Source: an uncultured archaeon
GTDB lineage: Archaea; Asgardarchaeota; Lokiarchaeia; Sigyniarchaeales; SOKP01
Reading direction: 5' to 3'
DNA: 64,000 bases
NCBI GenBank assembly: GCA_964486045.1
Contig: CAZALK010000004.1
Coordinates: forward strand, 235,772-299,771
Shown here: piece by piece, positions 1 to 10,516 of the stretch
Layout: the number at the start of each line of letters is the position of its first letter
Position numbering within the stretch: the first letter of the stretch is position 1
The notes under the pieces: model-generated
What the model saw: only the letters and a program-made list of their open reading frames with translations
What the model was told of the DNA's origin: nothing
The model's database searches: none
Translations under genes and position numbers: made by a program

Positions 1-1249
1 TATTCAGTGATTCCTGGGCATTCTCGATTAAATGCATCTCGGCGGCACGATCAACCATTTCGTTTAACAATGGTTGGCTGAAAAGAGTAGTTGAATACAT
101 ACTTCCGATAACTGTGCCAAATGACAATACGAAAAAGATTAACCTTAAAGGCACACTCAGTTCAATAAAAAAAATTAACTCAAAGAATGATGCAAATCCC
201 ATAATAATCAGGTTCAATTTATAGGTTTTGAGAAGTTTACCTTGTCTCTTCATTATTATTTTCCAAATAACAAACCATACAAATTTTGTAGAAATACTAA
301 TTATGATATATAAAATATAGAAACTACTGATTTGTATTGGAAGTAAATTCCGTCCTAATACAAAGGCTATGAAGGGGATAATCGTAAAAGCAAGTGCAAA
401 CTGACTCATTTGAGTAATTACTCCAGCAGCCATAAACTTCATATATTCTTTATCTTTGACCGGAATAAACAAACCTTTAAAAGTATCTTTTATTTTTCTT
501 TTCTCAAAATCTAAGCCTTTTAAATGAAAACTCTCGTCGATTGAGAAAAAAGCAATTAGAATACAGATCAATGCTAAAATACCCAAAAAAATTGAAATTG
601 TAGGCAAAGTATTCATTATGAATTTACCACTACTAGTCCAATACCCTGTGTCTGTCGAATCGTCAACGAGACTCTGTATAATGATTGGGAATGATGTTCC
701 GATAATTGAACTTATGATCGTTAAGTTTGCAGATAAAGTTGCGACTTTTTTTCTATTTTTCAATGTTTGAGAAATTTCAGGAAGAATTGAACTGAAAACA
801 ATAAGCAATAAACTCCCAAAAATAGCTCTTATTATGTTCAAAGCCCAATACCATATAGCTGTAGGCCAATATATAACTGTACTTAACATAGCTAGATTTT
901 CAGGTGGGATCCAAGGGGGTAAAAAGGTTAAAATTGTGGTTATTAGCCAAATTGGTAACGCAATAAGAATATATGGTCTTCTTTTACCTATTCTTTTCGG
1001 TTTTGTATTATCCAATATTACACCAAAAATTATACTCGAGAATGCCATTGTTACCATACTTAAAGTAGAACCAATTGAGACTAAAATTGAATCCAACCGA
1101 ATAGTGTATACATAAAACGTATATGAATATGATCCTGTAAACATAAACATTAACATAATTCCAAAAAATCCCATAGAATATCCATACAATCTTGTTCCAT
1201 GGAGCTCTCTTATTGAAGATGAGGTAAGACTTTTATCAGGATGTTCCAT
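1..1249 (-). CDS. MFS transporter, GPH (melibiose/glycoside-pentoside-hexuronide) family; runs off the window's left edge
   Basis: Not in the ORF track. I translated it from ATG at 1249: MEHPDKSL...YGYSMGFFG...FGVILDNTKPKRIGKRRPYILIALP. The D..T....GKRRPY loop is typical of the GPH family; many hydrophobic helices. Confidence 0.85.
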   Translation of the reverse strand, partial: MEHPDKSLTSSSIRELHGTRLYGYSMGFFGIMLMFMFTGSYSYTFYVYTIRLDSILVSIGSTLSMVTMAFSSIIFGVILDNTKPKRIGKRRPYILIALPIWLITTILTFLPPWIPPENLAMLSTVIYWPTAIWYWALNIIRAIFGSLLLIVFSSILPEISQTLKNRKKVATLSANLTIISSIIGTSFPIIIQSLVDDSTDTGYWTSSGKFIMNTLPTISIFLGILALICILIAFFSIDESFHLKGLDFEKRKIKDTFKGLFIPVKDKEYMKFMAAGVITQMSQFALAFTIIPFIAFVLGRNLLPIQISSFYILYIIISISTKFVWFVIWKIIMKRQGKLLKTYKLNLIIMGFASFFELIFFIELSVPLRLIFFVLSFGTVIGSMYSTTLFSQPLLNEMVDRAAEMHLIENAQESLN

Positions 1250-1392
1250 TTGGTATCGCGACTCAATTTTGAAATTTTCCTACAAATATTAGGAACATAA
1301 TTATTTACTGAAATTAAAAGTTTAGATTGGGTTGAAAAGGTGTGATAAAAGAATTGAATAATTTTTTTAACCTTTCAAAATTTTGATCATGT

Positions 1393-2607
1393 ATGACTTT
1401 AGCATTAGAGAATGTTACGATTTTAGATTTATCACGTATGCTGCCAGGACCATATTGTACTATGATCTTATCCGATCTTGGAGCAGAAGTCATTCGTGTT
1501 GAGAACCCAAGCGATCCTATGAGTAATCTACCCCCTTTTTTCCGGAAGGGCGACTATTATGAGAGCGCTTTTAATGCTGTTCTCATGAGAAATAAAAAAT
1601 CAATAACATTAAATTTGAAAACCGATGAAGCCAGGAATATATTCTATGAACTAGTTAAAAAAGCTGACGTTGTCATGGATACTTTTCGACCAAAGGTTAT
1701 GGCAAAGTTAAAAATTGATTATAAAACATTATCAGCAATTAATCCTTCAATAATCTGTTGTTCTATGACTGGTTATGGACAATATGGTCCTTACGAGCAA
1801 AAGGCAGGTCATGATATAAATTACATAGGAATAAGTGGAATTTTAGATGCTACTCGAGTAAGAGCTGTATATGGGAAGGAAGACCAAGAGAGACCGCCTT
1901 TAGTTCCGGGCCTTTCCCCGGCAGATATTGGAGGAGCATTAGTCGCAGCTATAGGTATACTCAGTGCTCTTTTTGAGAGAGACCAAAACCCAGAAAGAAG
2001 AGGTCAATTCGTGGATATCTCGATGACAGATTCTACCTTTTTTTTCCAGCCTCTTGCTGCTGCAAGTAAATTTGTGAGAGATTTAAGCGGAAAAAAAGGA
2101 TGGGGCTCAGGTGGGGGCAGTGGTTCTCCATTTTATGGTGTTTATAGAACAAAAGATCACAAATATATAGCAGTTGGAGCAATTGAGCCGAAGTTTTGGC
2201 ACGCTCTCTGTGAAGGATTAGAAAGAGAGGATTTGAAAGGAAAGCAATATGTTCGGGGAGAAGAAAATGAAAAAATTATTGCTGAAGTGCAAAGTGAATT
2301 CTTAAAGAAGACTCAGGCAGAATGGCTCAAACATTTTGAAAATTTCGATACTTGCGTCTCAGCTGTTAAAAATTTTTGGGAAGCATGTGAGGATCCACAA
2401 ATTTTAGCTCGAGAAATGATTGTAAAAATGGATCACCCTATTTTAGGAAAGGTTCAAAATCTTGGTTCACCGATTAAATTGTCTAGGACACCAGCTATAA
2501 TTAGAAGTTTTGCTCCAAAACAAGGTCAAAATACAGAAGAAATTTTGAAATCTCTTAATTATTCTGAGGAAGACTTTCAAAATTTTAAAAGAAATAAAAT
2601 TGTATAA
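1393..2607 (+). CDS. CoA-transferase family III (CaiB/BaiF, AMACR-like)
   Basis: ILDLSRMLPGPYCTMILSDLGAEVIRVE, RNKKSITLNLK, GYGQYGPY and AGHDINY motifs. Confidence 0.93.
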   Translation: MTLALENVTILDLSRMLPGPYCTMILSDLGAEVIRVENPSDPMSNLPPFFRKGDYYESAFNAVLMRNKKSITLNLKTDEARNIFYELVKKADVVMDTFRPKVMAKLKIDYKTLSAINPSIICCSMTGYGQYGPYEQKAGHDINYIGISGILDATRVRAVYGKEDQERPPLVPGLSPADIGGALVAAIGILSALFERDQNPERRGQFVDISMTDSTFFFQPLAAASKFVRDLSGKKGWGSGGGSGSPFYGVYRTKDHKYIAVGAIEPKFWHALCEGLEREDLKGKQYVRGEENEKIIAEVQSEFLKKTQAEWLKHFENFDTCVSAVKNFWEACEDPQILAREMIVKMDHPILGKVQNLGSPIKLSRTPAIIRSFAPKQGQNTEEILKSLNYSEEDFQNFKRNKIV

Positions 2608-2644
2608 ATTTATTTTTTAAAATAATTTTAGGTTATATAAACCT

Positions 2645-3514
2645 TCATTCATTTTTTTCTTCAAGTATAGAGAATGGATTCTCTCCTTGTTCATCAAGCA
2701 ATGTATTATGATTAGCTTCCATTTCACGGGATTGCCCATCAACATTTAGAAACATATTCATCCTAGCCTTCGAAGAGGGTAACGCAACAGCTTGCCCAAA
2801 TAGGTATTGTTCTTCCAAGAGAGCATCTACAATTGGTAGTTCTACTCCTGCTAGTACAGATTTTTTTGCAATGGCTATTGATTCCGCAGGAAATGACGCT
2901 ATCCTATAAGCTAAATTTTCAACATAGAGGGTTAATTTATCTGGTGGAAGGGCACGGTTAATTAATCCATAAAGCTCGGCCAACTCAGCAGGAAAATCAT
3001 GACCTCCAAGAACAATCTCCATTGCACGCCTTCGTCCAACAGTGCGAGGAATTCTAATTGTCCCTCCCCCTCCTGGTATAATTCCGACACCAATTTCTGG
3101 TTGAGCAAATACTGCTTTCCCGAGCTCACCAAATATCATATCGAAACTCTGAATGAATTCAAATCCTCCTCCACGTACTATTCCTTCAACTTTAGCAATT
3201 GAAACCTTCGACATCGTACGATATGTTTCATTTATCATATGGACTGTGCCCTCGAGGTTTTCTTTTTTTGGTGCAGCTTCATCAGGCATTACAACTAAAC
3301 CAGAGACATCAAAGTGTGCAATAAAGAAATCAGGATCAGCGCTATCAAAAACCAAAACTCGTACGTTATCATCATTTTGAACAGTTTGAGCAAGACCCGC
3401 AAATTCCATTATCATTTGCATATTCAAAAGATTCATCGGGGGGTTTTCAATTGTCACAAATGCAACGCCTCTATCTACTTTCACTTTTAACATTTTAAGA
3501 TTGTCGTAACTCAT
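2645..3514 (-). CDS. enoyl-CoA hydratase/isomerase (crotonase) family
   Basis: NPPMN, FFIAHFD, GGGFEF, QPEIGVGIIPGGGG. Confidence 0.9.
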   Translation of the reverse strand: MSYDNLKMLKVKVDRGVAFVTIENPPMNLLNMQMIMEFAGLAQTVQNDDNVRVLVFDSADPDFFIAHFDVSGLVVMPDEAAPKKENLEGTVHMINETYRTMSKVSIAKVEGIVRGGGFEFIQSFDMIFGELGKAVFAQPEIGVGIIPGGGGTIRIPRTVGRRRAMEIVLGGHDFPAELAELYGLINRALPPDKLTLYVENLAYRIASFPAESIAIAKKSVLAGVELPIVDALLEEQYLFGQAVALPSSKARMNMFLNVDGQSREMEANHNTLLDEQGENPFSILEEKNE

Positions 3515-3674
3515 CTTTTTTCATCCTTTCCATTTATACATATTATAAATTCTTTGATTATTGATTTAGGAATTTATCCTATGAACTTAGTTTAAGCAGA
3601 AATATATTTATAAGTTTTGAATTGAGAAAAAATGAAACTAAATCAAAAAAATAGGGTAAGTAAAAAAAAAAGGA

Positions 3675-4526
3675 TTAAAGATTGTCCCCTAATATTTTTT
3701 GCATTTCTTCTAATCTCCTTTTGGGACCTAATTCACTCTCACGTGTTTGCAACCCGGAATCAAGAACCTGGTTCATCCTTACTTTAGATTCCCCTGATCC
3801 TGCTGCTATACCAAAAAGATGACCCTCCTCAAGTAAACCTTCTTTACGGGGCATTTCCTCAGCAACAACAACAGATCTTTTAACAAGAGCTATAGTTTCA
3901 GCCGAAATATAAGCTATGCTATTAGCTAAAATCTCAACAAACTGTCCAATCTTATCTGCTGGTAATGCTCTATTAATCCAACCATATCGCTCTGCCATCT
4001 TAGCAGAGTAAGGCATTAATCCTAACATGGCTTCTAATGATCGAGATCTTCCCATTAAGCGTGTTAGCCAATGTGTCCCCCCGCCTCCGGCAATAATTCC
4101 TACTGCTGCTTCAGTTTGGGAGAAAACAGCCTTTCCAATCGCTCCAAAACGCATATCAAGAGAAAGACAGAATTCATTTCCTCCTCCACCCACTATTCCT
4201 TCGATCTTTGCAATCGTTACTTTAGGTAATGTCCGAAATTCCATAAAATACTTTTTCCAGCCTTGTAATTCTTTGGCTGCAGGTGCAGCTTCTTCTGGGA
4301 AATCAGTTAAAGCAGTGACATCAAAATGTGAAATAAAGATTTCCGGATCAGCACTTTGAAAAACAATAACTTTTACATCATCATCTGCTTTGACTTGATT
4401 GAAAAAACGTTCCATATCCTCTAAAAAAGCCATGTTAATTAAATTTACAGGGGGATTATCAATTGTCACCCATGCTATACTATTTTTTACTTCAATCTTC
4501 CATACTTTATAATCTTTATACTCCAT
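3675..4526 (-). CDS. enoyl-CoA hydratase/isomerase family
   Basis: NPPVN, FISHFD, GGGNEF, QTEAAVGIIAGGGG. Confidence 0.9.
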   Translation of the reverse strand: MEYKDYKVWKIEVKNSIAWVTIDNPPVNLINMAFLEDMERFFNQVKADDDVKVIVFQSADPEIFISHFDVTALTDFPEEAAPAAKELQGWKKYFMEFRTLPKVTIAKIEGIVGGGGNEFCLSLDMRFGAIGKAVFSQTEAAVGIIAGGGGTHWLTRLMGRSRSLEAMLGLMPYSAKMAERYGWINRALPADKIGQFVEILANSIAYISAETIALVKRSVVVAEEMPRKEGLLEEGHLFGIAAGSGESKVRMNQVLDSGLQTRESELGPKRRLEEMQKILGDNL

Positions 4527-4651
4527 ATTTTTAACCTTAATTTTACTAATTTTATTAATATTTTTGACAAAGTATCAAATAAGAAGTTTTTTCTTATGAC
4601 CCTTAAAAAGATAAAAAAATCTTAGTGTGGTAGAAAATAATCAATATCTGT

Positions 4652-5536
4652 TTACCAATGAATAATTTTAAGGTTATCTCTGGGTTGTGTCATATATAAC
4701 CACCATTTTTCTAACCATGGAGAGTAGTTTCCCTTATCTTGAGCTGATTCAACCAATATTCTTCGTATAATTCGTAATTCTTGACTAATTGGATGATCCG
4801 CTTCAGAACCTTTAAACCGAAGATTATCTTTTGCAATAAGATCGAGGATTTTCTCAACACTTGAAGTAAGTTTTTTCCCTGTAGGGGTTTGAGATGCAGC
4901 ATAATAAAGCCATTTATCATAAGGATATGGTTCACCATCAAGAACCATAGCTGCCCTCAAAGCATGAGCTATTGCTTTAGGTAATGATAATAAAACACCA
5001 ACTGGATCCTGTCTCTCCATCGGATTATCGCATGCACGATGCTCACTTCGCATTTCTACATAATGAAAAAAGAAAAATAAATCACTTACTTCTTTTCTCA
5101 TTAGCTGACACGCTAACTTAATTAGCTCATTTCCTATACCAGACTTATCTATCACAATTTCTGCATTTCTTAATTGAAAGACAATATCCATATCGCTCTG
5201 GTCATAATAATTTTTAAGCTGATGGAAACGTTCTGAGAAATCTTCAGTTGATTCTGCATTTAAATGACCTGGTTTATTATTAATCTCAAGATCAAAAAAC
5301 AATGAATCAGAAACTCTCTTAAGATCAACCAGTTCTTCTTCGGGAATTAGGAACCAGAGATCGATATCCGAAAAAGGATCATCAAATCCTAGTGTAATCG
5401 ACCCATGAAGTATTACAGAAGCATTCTCTTGAAAGTTCTTAAGTATTGGGTGTTGTTCAAGAAATCCAGGAATATATTTCTTTATTTTTCTCACCCAATC
5501 ATCCTTCCTTTCGATATTTGGGGTAAATATTGTCAT
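4652..5536 (-). CDS. Pol-beta-superfamily nucleotidyltransferase with C-terminal helical (DUF4037-like) domain
   Basis: HGSITLGFDDPFSDIDL (GS...DxD) and PYPYDKWL. Confidence 0.7.
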   Translation of the reverse strand: MTIFTPNIERKDDWVRKIKKYIPGFLEQHPILKNFQENASVILHGSITLGFDDPFSDIDLWFLIPEEELVDLKRVSDSLFFDLEINNKPGHLNAESTEDFSERFHQLKNYYDQSDMDIVFQLRNAEIVIDKSGIGNELIKLACQLMRKEVSDLFFFFHYVEMRSEHRACDNPMERQDPVGVLLSLPKAIAHALRAAMVLDGEPYPYDKWLYYAASQTPTGKKLTSSVEKILDLIAKDNLRFKGSEADHPISQELRIIRRILVESAQDKGNYSPWLEKWWLYMTQPRDNLKIIHW

Positions 5537-5645
5537 GCTTTTTATTATGTTACAAACTTTTTTATCTTAATTAATTAGGAAAACATCTTAAAGTTTGTAA
5601 ATGTGGAAAAAAAAAGAATATTTTTTGGCTCTTGTTTTAAGAGTA

Positions 5646-6494
5646 TTACTTTTCTTCAAGTTTTTTAGTATACTCATCTACTACTTTAAAGATATCAAGT
5701 TCACCCTCACGTGTCTGACCACCCATTTGAACAAACAACCCCATTCTTTCTTTCGCAGCCGCTGATACGCACGTAAGATTGAATAAATGAGTTTCTTCTA
5801 TCAATCCTTCTACAACAGGCTTTTCTAGAGCTAGTAAGACGGCTTTTTTTGCTATAGCGATTGTTTCTGCCGGATATGATGCAATCCGATACGCAAGTTC
5901 TTCTACAAATGGTGTTAATTCTTCCGGTGGAAGAGCACGATTAATATACCCATATTTTTCAGCAATATCTGCAGGAAAATCCATGCCACCTACTACAACT
6001 TCCATAGCTCGAGACCTTCCTATTAGCCGTGGGAGTCTTTGAGTGCCACCACCTCCAGGAATAATACCCAATGGTACCTCAATTTGACCTAAAATTGCTT
6101 TTCCTAGAGCCCCAAACCGCATATCTAAAGCTAAACAAAATTCACTCCCTCCCCCTCGAACTCGACCTTCAATTTTTGCTATTGATATCTTTGGCATAGT
6201 CCGATATGCCTCTTGCAATTGATGACCCCCATGTAATTCAGTCGGCTTTGGTGGTGCCTCGTCTGGATATTTAAGCAAGAGATTTACATCATAATGAGCA
6301 ATAAAATAATCAGGATCGGCACTATCAAAAATTATTACTTTAACATTATCATCTTTAGCGACTTGATATGCTAACTTACCAAACTCTCCATAGAGTTCAT
6401 TTGTTAATATATTCATAGGTGGATTATTAATAGTTGCGAATAATACGCCACGATCTACACGAATTTCCAAAAGTTCGAACCCATCATAAGACAT
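5646..6494 (-). CDS. enoyl-CoA hydratase/isomerase family
   Basis: NPPMN, YFIAHYD, GGGSEF, QIEVPLGIIPGGGGTQRL. Confidence 0.9.
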   Translation of the reverse strand: MSYDGFELLEIRVDRGVLFATINNPPMNILTNELYGEFGKLAYQVAKDDNVKVIIFDSADPDYFIAHYDVNLLLKYPDEAPPKPTELHGGHQLQEAYRTMPKISIAKIEGRVRGGGSEFCLALDMRFGALGKAILGQIEVPLGIIPGGGGTQRLPRLIGRSRAMEVVVGGMDFPADIAEKYGYINRALPPEELTPFVEELAYRIASYPAETIAIAKKAVLLALEKPVVEGLIEETHLFNLTCVSAAAKERMGLFVQMGGQTREGELDIFKVVDEYTKKLEEK

Positions 6495-6654
6495 TTCATA
6501 TTTTCCTCCTAATTAGTCATAAATTTAACAATAAATATTGTGTTACTACCTAGCTTAATATAAAATAATATATAGATTTTGAAAAATAAAACACAATGAT
6601 GAAGAATAGGAAATTAGTGTTAGTAAATTAAATTAAATAGGAGCTGTTGAATGA

Positions 6655-8436
6655 TTAAAATTTCAATTTTCCAGCTTTTACTTGTTCATACAAATCAGGA
6701 CTGAAGGGGATATAAGATTTTTTGGATGCATCCCAACAATAAATTCGGTCTTTTACCTTTTCAATGTCATATCCTTCTCGCTTTAGGTCAACTTTTGTAA
6801 TTTTATATGAACCGGTCAAAGCGAGAACTTCCCGAATTCGGAGAAAGACTGGAACAGAATATTTAGGTAAAGCCTCGCTGATAAATTTTGAAACGGTGCT
6901 TATATCGATCTCCGAAGCGGATTCAACCATTAATGATGCCATACCTGCTTTCCCTTCGGTTTTTGGAATAGATACTCCATAAACTGCACTTGATAGAACC
7001 ATTTCATTAATATCGAGGATATTTTCGACTTCTAGGGTTGAAACATTCTCTCCCTTCCACCTAAAAGTATCACCAAATCTGTCAGCAAAACTAACCCAGT
7101 GGTCATCATGTAAATTCAAAAAATCAAAAGTTTTAAAATAAGCATCTCCCTGCTCAAAAACATTTTGGATTAATCTTTGTTTGGTTTTTTCATTATCCCG
7201 GTACTTCGTATAATTTTCAACATCTTCGATTTTTAGAAGAGACATTCCTGTATCTCCTGATATACATCTTATCATAAAACCATCCTCATTTTTTAATAAT
7301 TCTCCTGTTTCGGCATTTACTTTCGCAATCGCAGAATTTGGATTAGTATTCCGTCCGATCATACCAGGAACTTCATCAAAATTAACTAACGGACCAAAAC
7401 CTTCTGTTGATGAATAATATTCATAAATATGCTCAATATTGAATCGGGATTTAAATTCTAACCAAATATCTTTTCTAAGACCTAGACCTATTAATTTTTT
7501 GAGGGTATGATTCTTATCTTGATCAGAGAGAGGTCGATTTAGAAGATAGCGAGGAATTTCACCAATATAAAACGCTACTGAAACATTATATTTCCGGATA
7601 TCGTTCCAATAATTTGAAACTGAGAATCTTTTCGCTAAAACAAATGTTGAACCCGCGTATGCTGCATTTCCCCATGCTGTACACTGGCCAAGAGAATGAT
7701 ACAAAGGTGTAACTGAATAGATAACATCATCAGAATCTAGATGCGCAAGACAAGATCCATAATATAATCCATTAAATGGAAAAGCCCAATTAGGAATTAT
7801 TACAGCTTTTGGTAAACCTGTCGTTCCAGAGGTATAAATGTATTCAGCAGTATCTGCTAATTTTGAATCGTGAGTAGTAGGAGGATTTTCTTTAGAGGAA
7901 AGTTTCAAATCTTCGCTTAAATCCATATATTTATGGGTTTTCTTTTCGGAATTATTTACAACAAAAATATTTTCTTTTTCAATTGATAATTCATCTACGA
8001 TTTCGTCAAAAAACTCTAAAAATTTTACATCTCCGATTATAACCCATTTTGGACTAACTATTTCTATAGCATGAATAAGTGCTTGCTTTCTCTGATTAAG
8101 GTTAATCAATGCACTTACCCCTTGGATTTTGTTGATACCCACTGTGATAAAAATATAATCAGGTGAATTTTCATGAATCAAAGCAATTATGTCTCCCGGT
8201 TCCAGACCTATACTACGGAAGTAATTAGAAACAGCATTACTTTCGTCATTAATTTGACCCCAAGTAAAAGATTCATCCTCAAAATATAAACCGACTTTGT
8301 CAGTTTTTTCCTTAGCCCAATGTTCAATCAAAGTTCCAAGACTTTGTTGGTTAGGATTTTCTCCTAATTTTGGAAGTTCTGCTAAGTATTTTTCTCTAGC
8401 TATTGATTCTTTTTCAGTTAAAATTGGTGGCTCCAT
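6655..8436 (-). CDS. long-chain acyl-CoA synthetase (FATP/FACVL-like)
   Basis: YIYTSGTTGLPKA AMP-binding motif; FADRFGDTFRWKGENVST FATP signature. Confidence 0.92.
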   Translation of the reverse strand: MEPPILTEKESIAREKYLAELPKLGENPNQQSLGTLIEHWAKEKTDKVGLYFEDESFTWGQINDESNAVSNYFRSIGLEPGDIIALIHENSPDYIFITVGINKIQGVSALINLNQRKQALIHAIEIVSPKWVIIGDVKFLEFFDEIVDELSIEKENIFVVNNSEKKTHKYMDLSEDLKLSSKENPPTTHDSKLADTAEYIYTSGTTGLPKAVIIPNWAFPFNGLYYGSCLAHLDSDDVIYSVTPLYHSLGQCTAWGNAAYAGSTFVLAKRFSVSNYWNDIRKYNVSVAFYIGEIPRYLLNRPLSDQDKNHTLKKLIGLGLRKDIWLEFKSRFNIEHIYEYYSSTEGFGPLVNFDEVPGMIGRNTNPNSAIAKVNAETGELLKNEDGFMIRCISGDTGMSLLKIEDVENYTKYRDNEKTKQRLIQNVFEQGDAYFKTFDFLNLHDDHWVSFADRFGDTFRWKGENVSTLEVENILDINEMVLSSAVYGVSIPKTEGKAGMASLMVESASEIDISTVSKFISEALPKYSVPVFLRIREVLALTGSYKITKVDLKREGYDIEKVKDRIYCWDASKKSYIPFSPDLYEQVKAGKLKF

Positions 8437-8509
8437 AGTGATTCAATAATAATTTCTGAATAATTCTTAGATATAAATTAATAATAAAAAATCAAAAAAA
8501 AATAAAAAC

Positions 8510-9736
8510 TTAGAGATCTCTTGAAAAGACATGCATTACGTTGGTAAAACCCAAGCCTGGTTGTCCTAAAGTATGTTGAAGTCCCAGATCGAGATGTTTA
8601 TCAGGAACTTGACGTTTTGCGCATTCTTTATTCTTTGTCATTTGCCAATGTATTTCTACAATCTGTCGTACTCCTGTTGCTCCAAGTGGATGACCAACTG
8701 ACAATAAACCACCACTGGGATTAATAGGAAGGTCTCCATCTATCTCAACAACTCCATCATTTATCATATCAGCACCTTCACCTTTTTTGCAGAAGCCAAA
8801 ATCTTCATAATGGACAAATTCTGAGACAGAAAAACAATCGTGACATTCAACAAAACCTCGGTCATAAAAATCTTTAGCCTCAACTTTAGCCATTTTGTAG
8901 ACTTTCTGTGCAGTTAAATAATCTGTAAGAAAACCTGGCGGGTAAGCACTTCCCGTCTTTTCGAACCAAGCTCTTTCATTTGCTCCTCCATAATTACTCC
9001 CCATAGCACTCCCTTTAACCCAAATAGGAGTGTCTATATGATGCTCTTTGACGTAATCTTCACTCATAAGAACCACCGCCGCGGCTCCATCTGTTCGTGG
9101 GCAACACTGAGATCTGGTTAATGGATCATTTATCATAACATCATCTAAAACCTCATCTAACGTCATGGGATTTTGATATTCTGCTTTGGGATTTTTTGAG
9201 CCATTTCTTCTACTTTTAACTGTTATATTGGCAAAATCTTCCACTTTTGTTCCGTACATCTTCATGTGTACTCGACCCATCAAGGCAAAACCGGCTGCCA
9301 TACCACCACCGCCACCCCCACCACCTGCCATAAAAGAACCATGAGCGAAAGCTTTTGCTTCAATCTGAAACCTGGTTCCACCTCCAACCATACCCATGGA
9401 TACATCTTTCATTTTTTCGATTCCCATTGCCAATGAACAGTCACTCAAACCAGAAGCTACATCCATATAAGCTAATCTGAATGCATTTGAACCGGAGCTA
9501 CAAGCGTTAACTGCTCTAGTAATTGGAATCCCAATCATCCCACTTTCATTTATGATTTCATGACCGACTCCTACGCCACCACAACTGCCATAATAAGCAC
9601 TCTGGACCAGTTTACGATCAATCCCTGCATTTTCAATGGCATCCAATACTGCAGGTCTACCAATTTCTTGATATAAAAGTGCATCGAGTCTTCCAAAAGG
9701 AGACATTCCCGCACCCACTACTGCTACATTTCTCAT
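8510..9736 (-). CDS. thiolase-superfamily protein, SCP2/Ltp2 type
   Basis: NACSSG, ECHDCF, NPSGGLL..GHPLGATG. Start moved to ATG 9736 (MRNVAVVGAG). Confidence 0.9.
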   Translation of the reverse strand: MRNVAVVGAGMSPFGRLDALLYQEIGRPAVLDAIENAGIDRKLVQSAYYGSCGGVGVGHEIINESGMIGIPITRAVNACSSGSNAFRLAYMDVASGLSDCSLAMGIEKMKDVSMGMVGGGTRFQIEAKAFAHGSFMAGGGGGGGGMAAGFALMGRVHMKMYGTKVEDFANITVKSRRNGSKNPKAEYQNPMTLDEVLDDVMINDPLTRSQCCPRTDGAAAVVLMSEDYVKEHHIDTPIWVKGSAMGSNYGGANERAWFEKTGSAYPPGFLTDYLTAQKVYKMAKVEAKDFYDRGFVECHDCFSVSEFVHYEDFGFCKKGEGADMINDGVVEIDGDLPINPSGGLLSVGHPLGATGVRQIVEIHWQMTKNKECAKRQVPDKHLDLGLQHTLGQPGLGFTNVMHVFSRDL

Positions 9737-9740
9737 TTTT

Positions 9741-10127
9741 TTAATCCTCCGCGAGTTTAAATAAGTTATACTTCTCAATAGGTAATAACTCTACTTTTTG
9801 CCCAATTTCAAGACTATCAATACTTTTTACATCAAATGATCCACTTACACCAATAGAATCTTCCCCATTATCAGAAAAAAGTCTGACAGCACCAAAAAAT
9901 GTTTGTTTATCATCTGCTTTCCTTTTATAAGATGACGAAAAGGTTGTAATAACCCCCTTAGGTCCAAATACAACCTCTGTAAAATCGGTACCTTGACATT
10001 TATTACAGTAAGTCCTTGGTGGATTTCTAACATTTCCACAATTGTTACATCGTCTAACTCTTATTTTATTTCCTAATCTTGTTGGAACTTTTACACGTGT
10101 TATTAGACTTTCTTGAATACTTTTCAT
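9741..10127 (-). CDS. DUF35 zinc-ribbon/OB-fold thiolase partner
   Basis: CNNC...PPRTYCNKC zinc ribbon plus OB-fold (EIGQKVE); directly upstream of the thiolase. Confidence 0.85.
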   Translation of the reverse strand: MKSIQESLITRVKVPTRLGNKIRVRRCNNCGNVRNPPRTYCNKCQGTDFTEVVFGPKGVITTFSSSYKRKADDKQTFFGAVRLFSDNGEDSIGVSGSFDVKSIDSLEIGQKVELLPIEKYNLFKLAED

Positions 10128-10248
10128 AATAGTTTCCCTTAAATTAATTCTAGTTTAGTATATGACTTTTTTATTCATAAAATTTTCTATAGTGTTTCAG
10201 TTGAAAAAAACTATAGAACTTATAAAACTTACAATTTTCTTTTATATA

Positions 10249-10440
10249 CTATTTATTTTGATATTTTGGCTTTCTTCCTTGCGAAATATCCATAAGCCAC
10301 TCAGCAAAATCCTCCGTTGAGGAAACTACACCATATCCATAGGCATCTAATTCAAGAGCAATATCCATTGGAAGAGATGCTCCAAAGGTGACCATTTGTT
10401 TTGCGATTCCAACACCTATGGGGGCACAATTATTTAGCAA
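10249..10440 (-). pseudogene. C-terminal remnant of an enoyl-CoA hydratase
   Basis: APIGVGIAKQMV...STEDFAEW...GRKPKYQNK matches the crotonase C-terminus; no N-terminal part upstream. Confidence 0.7.
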
Positions 10441-10516
10441 AAACGAAGAAATAAAGAAAATACTAAACTAAAAATGGATGTAATAATTTAAGACCAATTA
10501 TTAGATGAATGAATAA

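Noticed and set aside
834-1115. 93-aa plus-strand ORF
   Set aside because: Antisense shadow of the minus-strand MFS transporter.
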